This document shows positions 8,936 through 16,754 of a stretch of DNA of 33,067 nt, in pieces. The notes beneath the pieces are model-generated. The model was given only the letters and a program-made list of their open reading frames with translations. It ran no database searches and was not told the DNA's origin. The DNA is from Candidatus Margulisiibacteriota bacterium. GTDB taxonomy: Bacteria > Margulisbacteria > Termititenacia > Termititenacales > Termititenacaceae. Position 1 is the stretch's first letter. Each line of letters begins with the position of its first letter. A program made the translations under genes and the position numbers. The stretch lies in the NCBI GenBank assembly GCA_031264205.1, contig JAISEH010000106.1:1-33067 (forward strand), read 5' to 3'.

Positions 8936-10282
8936 ATGGAATCTTTTTGGCCGGCCTTACTGGAAAAACTCAAAACCACCTTGTCCGGGCCCGGTTTTCA
9001 AATGTTTAAAACCTCTATTTCGCCGCTTTCGCTGGCCGATGGAGTTTTGACCCTTTCCGTGCCGTCTGACGTCATGGCCATGTGGCTCAAAGAGCGCGAG
9101 CCGCTTTTGCAGGATGTTTTCACGCGCGATTTCCGGCAAAACCTCGTGCTGGATGTGCGGGTGGCGCCGGCCGAGCCAGGCAAGGAGCCTCCCGTCGAGC
9201 GCGCTCCGGCTGCGCCGGTCAAGCCCTCCGCTGAGATAATCGCCTTTAATCCCAAATATACTTTTGAGACTTTCGTGGTCGGCAACAACACGCGTTTTGC
9301 GCACGCCGCGGCTCTGGCTGTCGCGGAAAAACCGGCCGTCGCTTACAACCCGCTCTTTACCTACGGCGGCCCCGGTCTGGGCAAAACCCATTTGATGCAC
9401 GCGATCGCCCAGCGCGCGCTGGCTTTAAATCCCAAATTAAAAATTGTGCTGGTCACCGCCGAAACTTTTGTCAACGAGGTTGTCAGTATTATTCGCGACG
9501 GCAGTGATGTCGCCCGCTGGAAAAATTTTTACGCGCGTTTCCGCATGGCCGATATTCTGCTCATCGACGACATTCAATTTCTGATGGGCAAAGACCGCTC
9601 GCAGGAAGAATTTTTCAACACTTTTAACGCTTTGTATGACACGAAAAAACAAATTATTCTCAATTCTGACCGGCCGCCCAGAGATTTGCGCGGCATTGAC
9701 GAACGCTTGAAATCCCGCATGGCCTGCGGCTTGGTCACCGATATTCAGTCGCCGGATTTTGAAACCCGTCTGGCCGTTTTGCGCAAAAAAGTCGAGAGCG
9801 ACAGCGCCGTCGAGAGCGCCAATATTCCCGAGGATGTCATTCAATACATCGCCAAAGCGCCTTTTTCCAATGTCCGTGATCTGGAGAGCGTCCTGCACCG
9901 GCTGGTCGCGCACACGGCGTTTTTTCATACGCCGATCACGGTGGACTTCGTCGCCACCTTGCTCAAAGACCTGATCCAGGCTCAGGACAAACACGTGACG
10001 ATCAGCACGATCAAGCAAATCGTCGCCGAACAAATGAAAATCGACATCGAAGAGCTTTCCGCCAAGATCCGCAAAAAAGAAATCGCCATGGCCAGACAGA
10101 TCGCCATGTATTTAGCGCGGGAATTAACCAACGCGACCAACGAAAAAATCGGCGACACTTTTGGCGGGCGCGACCACAGCACGGTCATTCACGCCTGCGA
10201 CAAGATCCGCGAGACCATTAAAACCGATCACGCGCTGCTTGATCTGGTCAACAATCTCAAAAAAGAAATTTTAGCTATTTAA
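8936..10282 (+). CDS. dnaA: Chromosomal replication initiator protein DnaA
   Basis: 448 aa. Walker A GGPGLGKTHL, Walker B LLIDDIQF, and a C-terminal DNA-binding domain with GGRDHSTVIHA. Confidence 0.98.
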   Translation: MESFWPALLEKLKTTLSGPGFQMFKTSISPLSLADGVLTLSVPSDVMAMWLKEREPLLQDVFTRDFRQNLVLDVRVAPAEPGKEPPVERAPAAPVKPSAEIIAFNPKYTFETFVVGNNTRFAHAAALAVAEKPAVAYNPLFTYGGPGLGKTHLMHAIAQRALALNPKLKIVLVTAETFVNEVVSIIRDGSDVARWKNFYARFRMADILLIDDIQFLMGKDRSQEEFFNTFNALYDTKKQIILNSDRPPRDLRGIDERLKSRMACGLVTDIQSPDFETRLAVLRKKVESDSAVESANIPEDVIQYIAKAPFSNVRDLESVLHRLVAHTAFFHTPITVDFVATLLKDLIQAQDKHVTISTIKQIVAEQMKIDIEELSAKIRKKEIAMARQIAMYLARELTNATNEKIGDTFGGRDHSTVIHACDKIRETIKTDHALLDLVNNLKKEILAI

Positions 10283-10504
10283 TTTTGTGTTCTTCTGCAT
10301 ATTTCGTGTATATCTTTTGCTCGAAATTTTCAGCCCGAAACTCCGTGCGCAAACCGGCTCTTTTCCAAAAACTTATGCACAAGTTTTCAGTAGCTTTAAA
10401 TCAAATTTTTCGCTATAATAAAAAAAATTTTGCGGTTATCCAGTTATGTACAGTCTTTATGGTTATTATGAATTTTATATACATACATGGAGGTTTTAAA
10501 TAAT
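10283..10504. other. Candidate oriC (dnaA-dnaN intergenic region)
   Basis: AT-rich 222-bp spacer with several DnaA-box-like 9-mers:
- TTATGCACA at 10373..10381, 1 mismatch to TTATCCACA.
- TTATCCAGT at 10436..10444.
- TTATGTACA at 10444..10452.
- TTTTCCAAA at 10361..10369.

It also has A/T tracts at 10401..10435 and 10455..10485. Confidence 0.45.
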
Positions 10505-11617
10505 ATGGAATTCAAATGTGTAAAAACCGATTTAAACAACGCGATACAGGTTGTTGAAAAGGCCGTGTCGATACGCAGCACGGTGGCGCAAATCGCCGGT
10601 AACATTTTGCTGGAGGCAAAAGGACAGTCTCTAAAACTCACAGCCAATGATATGGAGATCGGCATTGAGTTTGCGATCGACACCAATGTTATCGAAGGAG
10701 GCGCTGTGCTGGCTCCGGCTAAAACTTTGAGCAGCATTATTTCCAAATTGTCCGAGGGCGAGGTTTCTTTCAAAGTCGACGGCAATCACAATATTTTGAT
10801 TACGTCGAAACAATCCAAGCCGAATATTTACGGCCTGGCAATTGATGATTTTCCGGTGTTGTCCAAAGTCACCAGCGGCAAAAATCTAAAAATCGAGGCT
10901 GATGTTTTGCGGGATATGATCAGGCAGTCAATTATTGCGGTGTCTTTTGACGAGGGAAAACCTTTCCTGAACGGCATTTTGATCGAGAAAGAAAAAAATG
11001 AGTTGTGTTTTGTGGCGACTGATGGTTTTCGTCTGGCCAAGAAGACAGCGGTTTTGAGCGAGGATACGGCCGGCAATTTAAGCGTCATCGTGCCGTCGCG
11101 CGCTTTGCAGGAAATCAACCGTATTTTGCAGCAGGGAGATTATCAGGGCGTGGTGGATATTACGATCACGGAAAAGCAAATTTCATTTAGTTTCAAAAGT
11201 TTGTATTTGGTTTCGCGTTTGATTCAGGGACAATTTCCTGACTATCGCAATGTGATACCCAAGGAGCAGAAAACCAGAATAGTTGTCGCCCGCAAAGACT
11301 TGCTGGAGGCGGCGGACAGAGCGTCCATTGTGGCCAGCGCCTCGACCAATGTCATCAAGCTGGAAATGGTCGATCAGAAATTACTGATCACCGCCAGCAC
11401 GCCTACTATCGGCAATATTTCCGAGCTGGTCGATGTGCAAAAAGAAGGCGAGGACATGCAGCCGATCGCTTTCAATGTCCGGCTCGTGCTGGACGTTATC
11501 CGCAATATACAGGAAGACAATATCGTGATCGTCCTGAATGGCGCGACTTCGCCGGGCGTGATTATCCCGAAAGAAAACAAAGATTTTACTTACGTGGTCA
11601 TGCCGATACGGGTCTAG
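10505..11617 (+). CDS. dnaN: DNA polymerase III beta sliding clamp
   Basis: ORF 10487..11617. Clamp-like sequence throughout (MEFKCVKTDLNNAIQVVEKAV..., ...FTYVVMPIRV). I prefer the ATG at 10505, which is preceded by GGAGG (10489..10493). The ATG at 10487 remains possible. Confidence 0.93.
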   Translation: MEFKCVKTDLNNAIQVVEKAVSIRSTVAQIAGNILLEAKGQSLKLTANDMEIGIEFAIDTNVIEGGAVLAPAKTLSSIISKLSEGEVSFKVDGNHNILITSKQSKPNIYGLAIDDFPVLSKVTSGKNLKIEADVLRDMIRQSIIAVSFDEGKPFLNGILIEKEKNELCFVATDGFRLAKKTAVLSEDTAGNLSVIVPSRALQEINRILQQGDYQGVVDITITEKQISFSFKSLYLVSRLIQGQFPDYRNVIPKEQKTRIVVARKDLLEAADRASIVASASTNVIKLEMVDQKLLITASTPTIGNISELVDVQKEGEDMQPIAFNVRLVLDVIRNIQEDNIVIVLNGATSPGVIIPKENKDFTYVVMPIRV

Positions 11618-11951
11618 GTTTTTTAGTATGGCGCGAGGCCAGAGCTTGGGTCAGCGCGGAAACAGCTTTCAAGTCCGGCGCGTCCAGTCCGATCAAGGTT
11701 TCAATAATTTCTTGCAGGCAGGGATTGGAACGTATTTTTGTCCGGTCTGATCCGGTCAGCAGATATTCGATAGAGACATGTAAAACCGTGGCTATTTTGT
11801 AGGCGTCAGCGGCGCGCGGGATAATCTGGCGATTTTTCCACGAAGAAAAAGTGCCTTTAGAAATGCCCGTTTTGTAGTACAGCCATTCAAAACTGGTCTT
11901 TTGCCGCGCCACTTCATTTTTGACGATTTTCCAAAATACACGACCGGTCAT
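11598..11951 (-). CDS. XRE-family helix-turn-helix transcriptional regulator
   Basis: 117 aa. KTGISKGTFSSWKNRQIIPRAADAYKIATVLHVSIEYLL is an XRE/Cro-type HTH. The 3' end overlaps the dnaN 3' end by 20 nt (convergent). Confidence 0.75.
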   Translation of the reverse strand: MTGRVFWKIVKNEVARQKTSFEWLYYKTGISKGTFSSWKNRQIIPRAADAYKIATVLHVSIEYLLTGSDRTKIRSNPCLQEIIETLIGLDAPDLKAVSALTQALASRHTKKPRPVSA

Positions 11952-11996
11952 TTATTCATGATAGGTCATTTAGACGGGTAATTGAATATTTTTTGC

Positions 11997-12025
11997 TTGA
12001 CAAATGTCTGCATATGAGTGATAAT
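11997..12025 (+). promoter_or_regulatory. Putative sigma70-type promoter left in front of the tail-fibre gene remnant
   Basis: GCTTGACAAA with TTGACA (11997..12002), a 17-nt spacer, then GATAAT (12020..12025). The GCTTGACAAA -35 context and 17-nt spacing match the promoter of the intact tail-fibre-like gene at 21047..21075(-). Confidence 0.5.
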
Positions 12026-12067
12026 ATATTAATAATTATTTATTTGCAAACATTTTTTGGCACAATT

Positions 12068-12151
12068 GTGGTTAAGGCCACTCACACAGCGACTTCGTTC
12101 GATGTAGTACCAAAATATTACACAGTGATTTACATCATAAAAATTGCCTAG
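12068..12151 (+). pseudogene. 3'-terminal remnant of a tail-fibre/collar-domain gene
   Basis: Frame ending at TAG 12149..12151 reads ...ATHTATSFDVVPKYYTVIYIIKIA*. This aligns with the C-terminus ...GSGTAFDIKPAYYTVIYIMKVA* of the 316-aa ORF at 20046..20996. Only about 25 codons remain, with no SD. Confidence 0.7.
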
Positions 12152-12241
12152 ACTTCGCTTGCCAGCGCGCGGCGAAGCTGGTATTATTACGCCCCTTTAC
12201 TTGAGGGAATTTTTGATTTACAACAAAACAAGGAGTTTTTA

Positions 12242-12547
12242 ATGACCGCGTACGATTTGCTTTTCATCACCAAGCCAGAGCTGGAGGAGACCGCGCAGAA
12301 AGAGCTTATCGAAAAAGTAAAAGCGCTGATCGAGGCTGGCGGCGGCAAGATTGAGACTGTGGATATCTGGGGTAAAAAGGATTTAGCCACGCCGATCGAG
12401 AAAGCCAATCAGGGTTATTATGTGCTGATTAAATATACCGGACCGGGCACCATAAACAAAGAAATCGAAGCGCGTTTCAAGATCAACGAAAATATTTTGC
12501 GCTACATGGTTACGCTGTCCCTGCCCGAAGTCGAAGCAAAGGCGTAA
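12242..12547 (+). CDS. rpsF: 30S ribosomal protein S6
   Basis: 101 aa. YDLLFITKPELEE...GYYVLIKY pattern. AAGGAG SD. First gene of the conserved S6-SSB-S18-L9 cluster. Confidence 0.95.
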   Translation: MTAYDLLFITKPELEETAQKELIEKVKALIEAGGGKIETVDIWGKKDLATPIEKANQGYYVLIKYTGPGTINKEIEARFKINENILRYMVTLSLPEVEAKA

Positions 12548-12551
12548 ACTC

Positions 12552-12974
12552 ATGAATTTTAACAGTATTGTTTTGAACGGCACGGTGCAGGAAAAACCGG
12601 AAACCAAATACACTACCGAAAACGGCCTGTCGGTCAGTAAATTTACGCTCAATGTCGCGCGGCCGCCGCGTCCCGACGGGCAGACGACATTCGATAAAAT
12701 TCCGGTTGTCGCTTTTGGCCGGCAGGCGGATTACGCCGCGGAAAATTTACAGGTTAATTCTCTGGCGCTGGTCGAGGGACGCATCCAGGTCAACCGCCGC
12801 GAAGCCAACGGACAGAAATTCAGCCAGACCGAGATCAACGCCAAAACAGTGCGTTTATTTAACGCGCCGGTATCCGCCGCGCCGGTGAAGACCGCGCCGG
12901 CAACCAGCAGTGAACCGCCTGCCGCCGCCGGCAATCCGTTCAGCGGCGCGACGGAAGACGATGTGCCTTTTTGA
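12552..12974 (+). CDS. ssb: Single-stranded DNA-binding protein (paralog 1, acidic tip ...EDDVPF)
   Basis: 140 aa. An N-terminal OB fold, a Pro/Ala-rich linker, and a C-terminal EDDVPF similar to the canonical DDDIPF tip. Confidence 0.88.
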   Translation: MNFNSIVLNGTVQEKPETKYTTENGLSVSKFTLNVARPPRPDGQTTFDKIPVVAFGRQADYAAENLQVNSLALVEGRIQVNRREANGQKFSQTEINAKTVRLFNAPVSAAPVKTAPATSSEPPAAAGNPFSGATEDDVPF

Positions 12975-12984
12975 GGAATAAATA

Positions 12985-13398
12985 ATGTACAACAAAGTTT
13001 TTTTAATCGGCAGATTGACTCACGACCCGGAAGCGCGCTCGACTTCGGCGGGCGTCATGGTGTCGCGGTTTTCGCTGGCCGTGAACCGCACTTCCAAGCG
13101 CGACGCGGAAGCGGATTTTATTCGCATTGTTGCCTGGCGCAAACTGGCCGAGACCTGCAACACTTATTTGCGCAAGGGCAAGCCGGTGGCTATCGAAGGC
13201 CGTTTGCAAATCGGCGTGTACGAGAAAAACGGCCAGCAATTTCAGTCCGCGGAAGTGGTGGCGGACAGTATGCAAATGCTGGATACAAAAGCAGCGGCCT
13301 CGACCGGGACAGTTTATCCGGCCGAAGCGGGGATTTCCGCGGCCGCGCCGGAGAGCAGGCCTTTTGCCGCGACCGGTGAAGAACCGGCGCCGTTTTGA
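12985..13398 (+). CDS. ssb: Single-stranded DNA-binding protein (paralog 2, tip ...GEEPAPF)
   Basis: 137 aa. NKVFLIGRLTHDPE...FIRIVAWRKLAE...VAIEGRLQ is classic SSB OB-fold sequence. GAGGA SD. It starts 10 nt after paralog 1. Confidence 0.9.
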   Translation: MYNKVFLIGRLTHDPEARSTSAGVMVSRFSLAVNRTSKRDAEADFIRIVAWRKLAETCNTYLRKGKPVAIEGRLQIGVYEKNGQQFQSAEVVADSMQMLDTKAAASTGTVYPAEAGISAAAPESRPFAATGEEPAPF

Positions 13399-13421
13399 TT
13401 AAATATTGAAAGGAGGCAAGG

Positions 13422-13685
13422 ATGTCCAAAGATACCAAAAGAGGCGATCACAAAATGCCTTTGCCGCTGAAAAAAAGACGGGGCAAACCCTGTTATTTCT
13501 GTGAAAATCATCTGGAAGATTTAGATTATAAAGATTTGGCGCTGGTGCAGAGATTTCAATCACCGCGCGGCAAGATTTTGCCGCGACGTCAGTCCAATTG
13601 CTGCGCGAAACATCAGCGCAAGGTAGCTCGGGCCATTAAGCGCGCGCGCTACATGGCGCTGCTTCCTTATGTCGTCGAACAATAA
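13422..13685 (+). CDS. rpsR: 30S ribosomal protein S18
   Basis: 87 aa. CYFCENH...DYKDLALVQRF...KHQRKVARAIKRARYMALLPY. AGGAGG SD. Confidence 0.95.
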   Translation: MSKDTKRGDHKMPLPLKKRRGKPCYFCENHLEDLDYKDLALVQRFQSPRGKILPRRQSNCCAKHQRKVARAIKRARYMALLPYVVEQ

Positions 13686-13712
13686 GCGGCGTAATTGTTA
13701 AAGGAGATTTTT

Positions 13713-14288
13713 ATGGAAGTTATTTTATTGCAAGATACGGAATACGGCGACAAGGGCGCTGTAGTCAAGGTCAGCGGCGGCTACGCGCGGAATTTTTTGT
13801 TTCCGCACAGGCTGGCCGTGCCGAATAACACCGGCAATCTGCGCCATGTCGAGAGCATCGCGGCGCAGAGACAGAAAAAGATAGAAAAAGAAAAACAGGA
13901 AGTGCAGGCCGTCGCGGATAAAATCAACAGCGCGGCCGAAATAGAGATCAAGGCCAAAGGCAGCGAAAACGGCCAGCTTTTCGGCGCGATCACGCATCAG
14001 CAAATCGCTGACGTGCTCAACGCGAATCTGGGCACGCAGATCGACCGCCGCCGCGTGCAGCTCAAAAGCGTGAAAGAGGCCGGCAAATATAATGTGCCGG
14101 TCAAATTAACTTTTGGCCTTACAGCGTCCGCGAAACTAAAAGTAACGGCCGAGGTCGATAAAAAAGCCGCCGCGTCGGAAAAGAAATCCCGCAAGCCGCG
14201 CAAAAAAGAAGAAATTGCCGCGGAGATCGAGGCACAGGAAAAAGCCGTCGCGGAAACCGCTCCGGAGACTCCTGCGGCCGAAGCTTAA
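13713..14288 (+). CDS. rplI: 50S ribosomal protein L9 with a Lys/Glu/Ala-rich C-terminal extension
   Basis: ORF 13695..14288. The ATG at 13713 follows an AAGGAG SD. MEVILLQD...GAVVKVSGGYARNFLFP is the L9 N-terminus. About 40 extra charged residues at the C-terminus. Confidence 0.93.
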   Translation: MEVILLQDTEYGDKGAVVKVSGGYARNFLFPHRLAVPNNTGNLRHVESIAAQRQKKIEKEKQEVQAVADKINSAAEIEIKAKGSENGQLFGAITHQQIADVLNANLGTQIDRRRVQLKSVKEAGKYNVPVKLTFGLTASAKLKVTAEVDKKAAASEKKSRKPRKKEEIAAEIEAQEKAVAETAPETPAAEA

Positions 14289-14337
14289 CGCTTCGGTCGA
14301 ATTCTCTTTTGAACGAGAGCTAAAATAGGAAGCCGCA

Positions 14338-15267
14338 ATGACCGCGCAAAATATTCTAATCACAGGCATTTCCGGCAGTGTTGGGCATTATTTGTTTGAT
14401 TTGCTGGCCAATGATTCGCGTTATCATCTCTATCTTGTCTTGCGCGATCCGGCCAGACTGCGCCGTGACCTGAAACAATTTTCGAATGTCACGATTTTGC
14501 CGCTGGATTTGCGTAATTTGCACCGGCAAAAAGACTTGCTCCAAAAAATGGATTATCTGGTCTGGATAGCCACCTGCTGGGGCGGTTATCGCGAGCCGTG
14601 GCGTATCAATGTTTATCCGTTTTTTCGCACACTGCGCCGGCTAGCCCCGCAGAGGATAAAAAAGATTCTTTTTTTTTCGACAGCGTCGATCATTGACAGA
14701 GAACACCGGCCGATCGAGGCCATACGCGAGATAGGCACGAATTATATTCGCAGTAAATTTTTGACGCACAAAATGCTGCAATACAATAAATTGCGCGAAA
14801 AAATAATCACGATTTTTCCGACCGGAGTGTATGGCGGCGACAGCACGCATCCCTTTTCGCACGCGGCGGCCGGTCTTCTGCCGGCGGCTAAAAAGATACG
14901 CTGGCTTAAATATTTCACGCTGGATTTTAGCTTTCATTTTATTCATTGCGCGGACATTGCCCGCCTGACCAAATATCTGCTGGAAAACGCCGTGAGCGAG
15001 CGTGAATATGTGTTTGGCAACGCGCCTTTGAATGTGGGCGAATTTTTAAAACAAATCGCGGCCTGTTACGGGCAAAAGCCTCTGTTCCAGATACGTGTGC
15101 CCATGTCCATAATTCAATTTTTGGCCGGGCTGCTGAAAAAACACCCCTGGGACAAATACTGTTTAAAATATAAACATTTTATTTATAATACTATAAATTG
15201 TCGCAAGCTCGGCTTGCCGACAGAAGTCGATACGCTTTCCGGCATTATAAAAGCGATAAATCAATAA
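14338..15267 (+). CDS. NAD(P)-dependent epimerase/dehydratase-like (SDR superfamily) protein
   Basis: 309 aa. The N-terminal ILITGISGSVGHYL is a Rossmann GxxGxxG motif. Size and layout fit extended SDRs. Confidence 0.7.
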   Translation: MTAQNILITGISGSVGHYLFDLLANDSRYHLYLVLRDPARLRRDLKQFSNVTILPLDLRNLHRQKDLLQKMDYLVWIATCWGGYREPWRINVYPFFRTLRRLAPQRIKKILFFSTASIIDREHRPIEAIREIGTNYIRSKFLTHKMLQYNKLREKIITIFPTGVYGGDSTHPFSHAAAGLLPAAKKIRWLKYFTLDFSFHFIHCADIARLTKYLLENAVSEREYVFGNAPLNVGEFLKQIAACYGQKPLFQIRVPMSIIQFLAGLLKKHPWDKYCLKYKHFIYNTINCRKLGLPTEVDTLSGIIKAINQ

Positions 15268-15306
15268 AATAACATTTAGCGTGGCAAATATTTTGCCCGC
15301 CGCTGT

Positions 15307-15330
15307 AGATGCGTTGCATGCAACGCATCT
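15307..15330. repeat. 24-bp perfect palindrome AGATGCGTTGCATGCAACGCATCT
   Basis: Exact reverse-complement symmetry, read directly. It lies between the SDR gene and the third ssb, and is preceded by GGCAAATATTTTGCCC (15285..15300), which is identical to the left arm of the repeat at 24074..24089. Confidence 0.8.
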
Positions 15331-15376
15331 TGGCATTATGTCAGGAAAAGTGGAAAATAAATTATAAATATAAAAC

Positions 15377-15405
15377 TTGACAAAAACTTGACGATTTGCT
15401 ATATT
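15377..15405 (+). promoter_or_regulatory. Putative sigma70-type promoter of the third ssb
   Basis: TTGACA (15377..15382), a 17-nt spacer, then TATATT (15400..15405). The -35 sits in a tandem 10-bp duplication AAAACTTGAC x2 (15372..15391). GGGAGG SD precedes the ATG at 15450. Confidence 0.55.
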
Positions 15406-15449
15406 GTGAGAGTCTTTAGCAGGACAAATAAAAATACGGGAGGTGAATT

Positions 15450-15830
15450 ATGAAAAGCTACAACAACGTGACGCTGATCGGCCGCGCGGTGCGGGATCCG
15501 GATTTCAAAGACACCGGCAATGCCAACGCGCGGGTGCAATTCGCGCTGGCGGTCGACCGGCCGTACAAGGACGCCGAGGGCAAACACCCGACGGATTTTT
15601 TGAATGTAGTCGCCTGGGGCAAACTCGCGGAAATTTGTCACGACTATATTCAAAAAGGCTGTCTGGTTTTGGTCAGCGGACGTATTCAGTCGCGTTCATA
15701 CGAAGTCAGCGCGGGAACAAAATGGATCACGGAAATCATCGCGGACAGTGTGAACATTTTGGAATACCGGCAGGCCAAAGTCGCGGCGGAAGACAAAAAA
15801 GAAATCAAGCCCAGAAAAAAAGCAGCGTAG
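15450..15830 (+). CDS. ssb: Single-stranded DNA-binding protein (paralog 3, no acidic tip, basic tail)
   Basis: 126 aa. NNVTLIGRAVRDPD...FLNVVAWGKLAE...VLVSGRIQ is an OB fold. It ends ...KKEIKPRKKAA and lacks the D/E-x-P-F tip. Confidence 0.85.
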   Translation: MKSYNNVTLIGRAVRDPDFKDTGNANARVQFALAVDRPYKDAEGKHPTDFLNVVAWGKLAEICHDYIQKGCLVLVSGRIQSRSYEVSAGTKWITEIIADSVNILEYRQAKVAAEDKKEIKPRKKAA

Positions 15831-15920
15831 AGAAGCGCCGCAAAATTAAAATCCCGCGTTTGTCCCGACTTGCTGCGGGATAAACACGGGGTTTTCGACC
15901 TGTGCTAGAATTTTCTTTCT

Positions 15921-16754
15921 ATGAAATATGCTAAAGAATATGCGGTGCTTGTGGTGGGCGCCGGACATGCCGGCCTTGAGGCGGCGCTGGCCTGCGCGCG
16001 GCTGGGGCTGGATACGCTGCTTCTCACGCTCAATCTCGACACGCTTGGTAAAATGTCCTGCAATCCCGCGATCGGCGGCCCGGGCAAATCACAGCTCGTC
16101 CGCGAGATTGACGCACTGGGCGGCGAGATGGCGCGCGCGGCCGACGCGACTTTTTTGCAATTGAAAATGCTCAATCTTTCCAAAGGTCCCGCGGTGCATT
16201 CCCTGCGCGCGCAGTCCGATCGCGCTGAATATGTGCGCTACATGAAAACACTGGCGGAGAATACACCGCATCTTGATATGAAGCAGGCCGAGGTTACGGA
16301 ATTGATCTTGACGGATAAAACTTTTCAGGGTGTGAAAACCAAAATGGGTTTTGATTATTACGCGCGCGCGTTGATTTTGACGACGGGCACTTTTTTGCGT
16401 GGCGAGATTTTTATCGGACTGGAGTCCACGCCGGCCGGCCGATTGGGTGAATTTCCCGCCTCCGCGCTGACGGCTTCGCTAAATGCGCACGGCATACGCA
16501 CCGGCCGTTTGAAAACCGGCACCACGCCGCGCCTCGACCGCCGCACGCTCGATTTTACAAAAATTCAGGAAGAACCGGGGCTGGAAGAAAAACATTTTTT
16601 TTCTTTTGAGACAGAGAGCAGTTTGCGGCCGCAGCAGCCCTGTTATCTTGTGCGCACCAATCCCCGCTCGCACGAAATAATCCGCGCCAATTTAGACCGC
16701 TCGCCGCTCTATCAGGGGATGATCAACGCCGTCGGGCCGCGCTACTGTCCGTAG
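15921..16754 (+). CDS. mnmG: tRNA uridine-5-carboxymethylaminomethyl modification enzyme MnmG (GidA), N-terminal part ending at an in-frame TAG
   Basis: YAVLVVGAGHAGLEAALACARLG is the FAD-binding GxGxxG motif. The ORF ends ...GPRYCP followed by TAG (16752..16754), exactly where the conserved GPRYCPSIEDK motif has Ser. Confidence 0.9.
   Translation: MKYAKEYAVLVVGAGHAGLEAALACARLGLDTLLLTLNLDTLGKMSCNPAIGGPGKSQLVREIDALGGEMARAADATFLQLKMLNLSKGPAVHSLRAQSDRAEYVRYMKTLAENTPHLDMKQAEVTELILTDKTFQGVKTKMGFDYYARALILTTGTFLRGEIFIGLESTPAGRLGEFPASALTASLNAHGIRTGRLKTGTTPRLDRRTLDFTKIQEEPGLEEKHFFSFETESSLRPQQPCYLVRTNPRSHEIIRANLDRSPLYQGMINAVGPRYCP

Noticed and set aside
12014-12151. A 45-aa ORF (MSDNILIIIYLQTFFGTIVVKATHTATSFDVVPKYYTVIYIIKIA) that could make the tail-fibre remnant a real small gene.
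   Set aside because: Its ATG lies between the -35 and -10 of the only plausible promoter. It has no SD, and its N-terminal half is translated AT-rich leader sequence. A pseudogene remnant is the simpler reading.
11952-12151. The idea that the tail-fibre remnant is a silent cassette for DGR- or shufflon-type variation of the intact fibre gene.
   Set aside because: There is no reverse transcriptase, invertase or recombinase in the window, and no inverted crossover repeats. The remnant also covers the most conserved C-terminal strand rather than a variable region.
16752-16754. Genome-wide reassignment of TAG (for example to an amino acid) as the explanation for the mnmG interruption.
   Set aside because: TAG terminates several well-defined genes at their expected ends: dnaN at 11615..11617, ssb-3, rpmH, and the 604-aa gene at 3890..3892.
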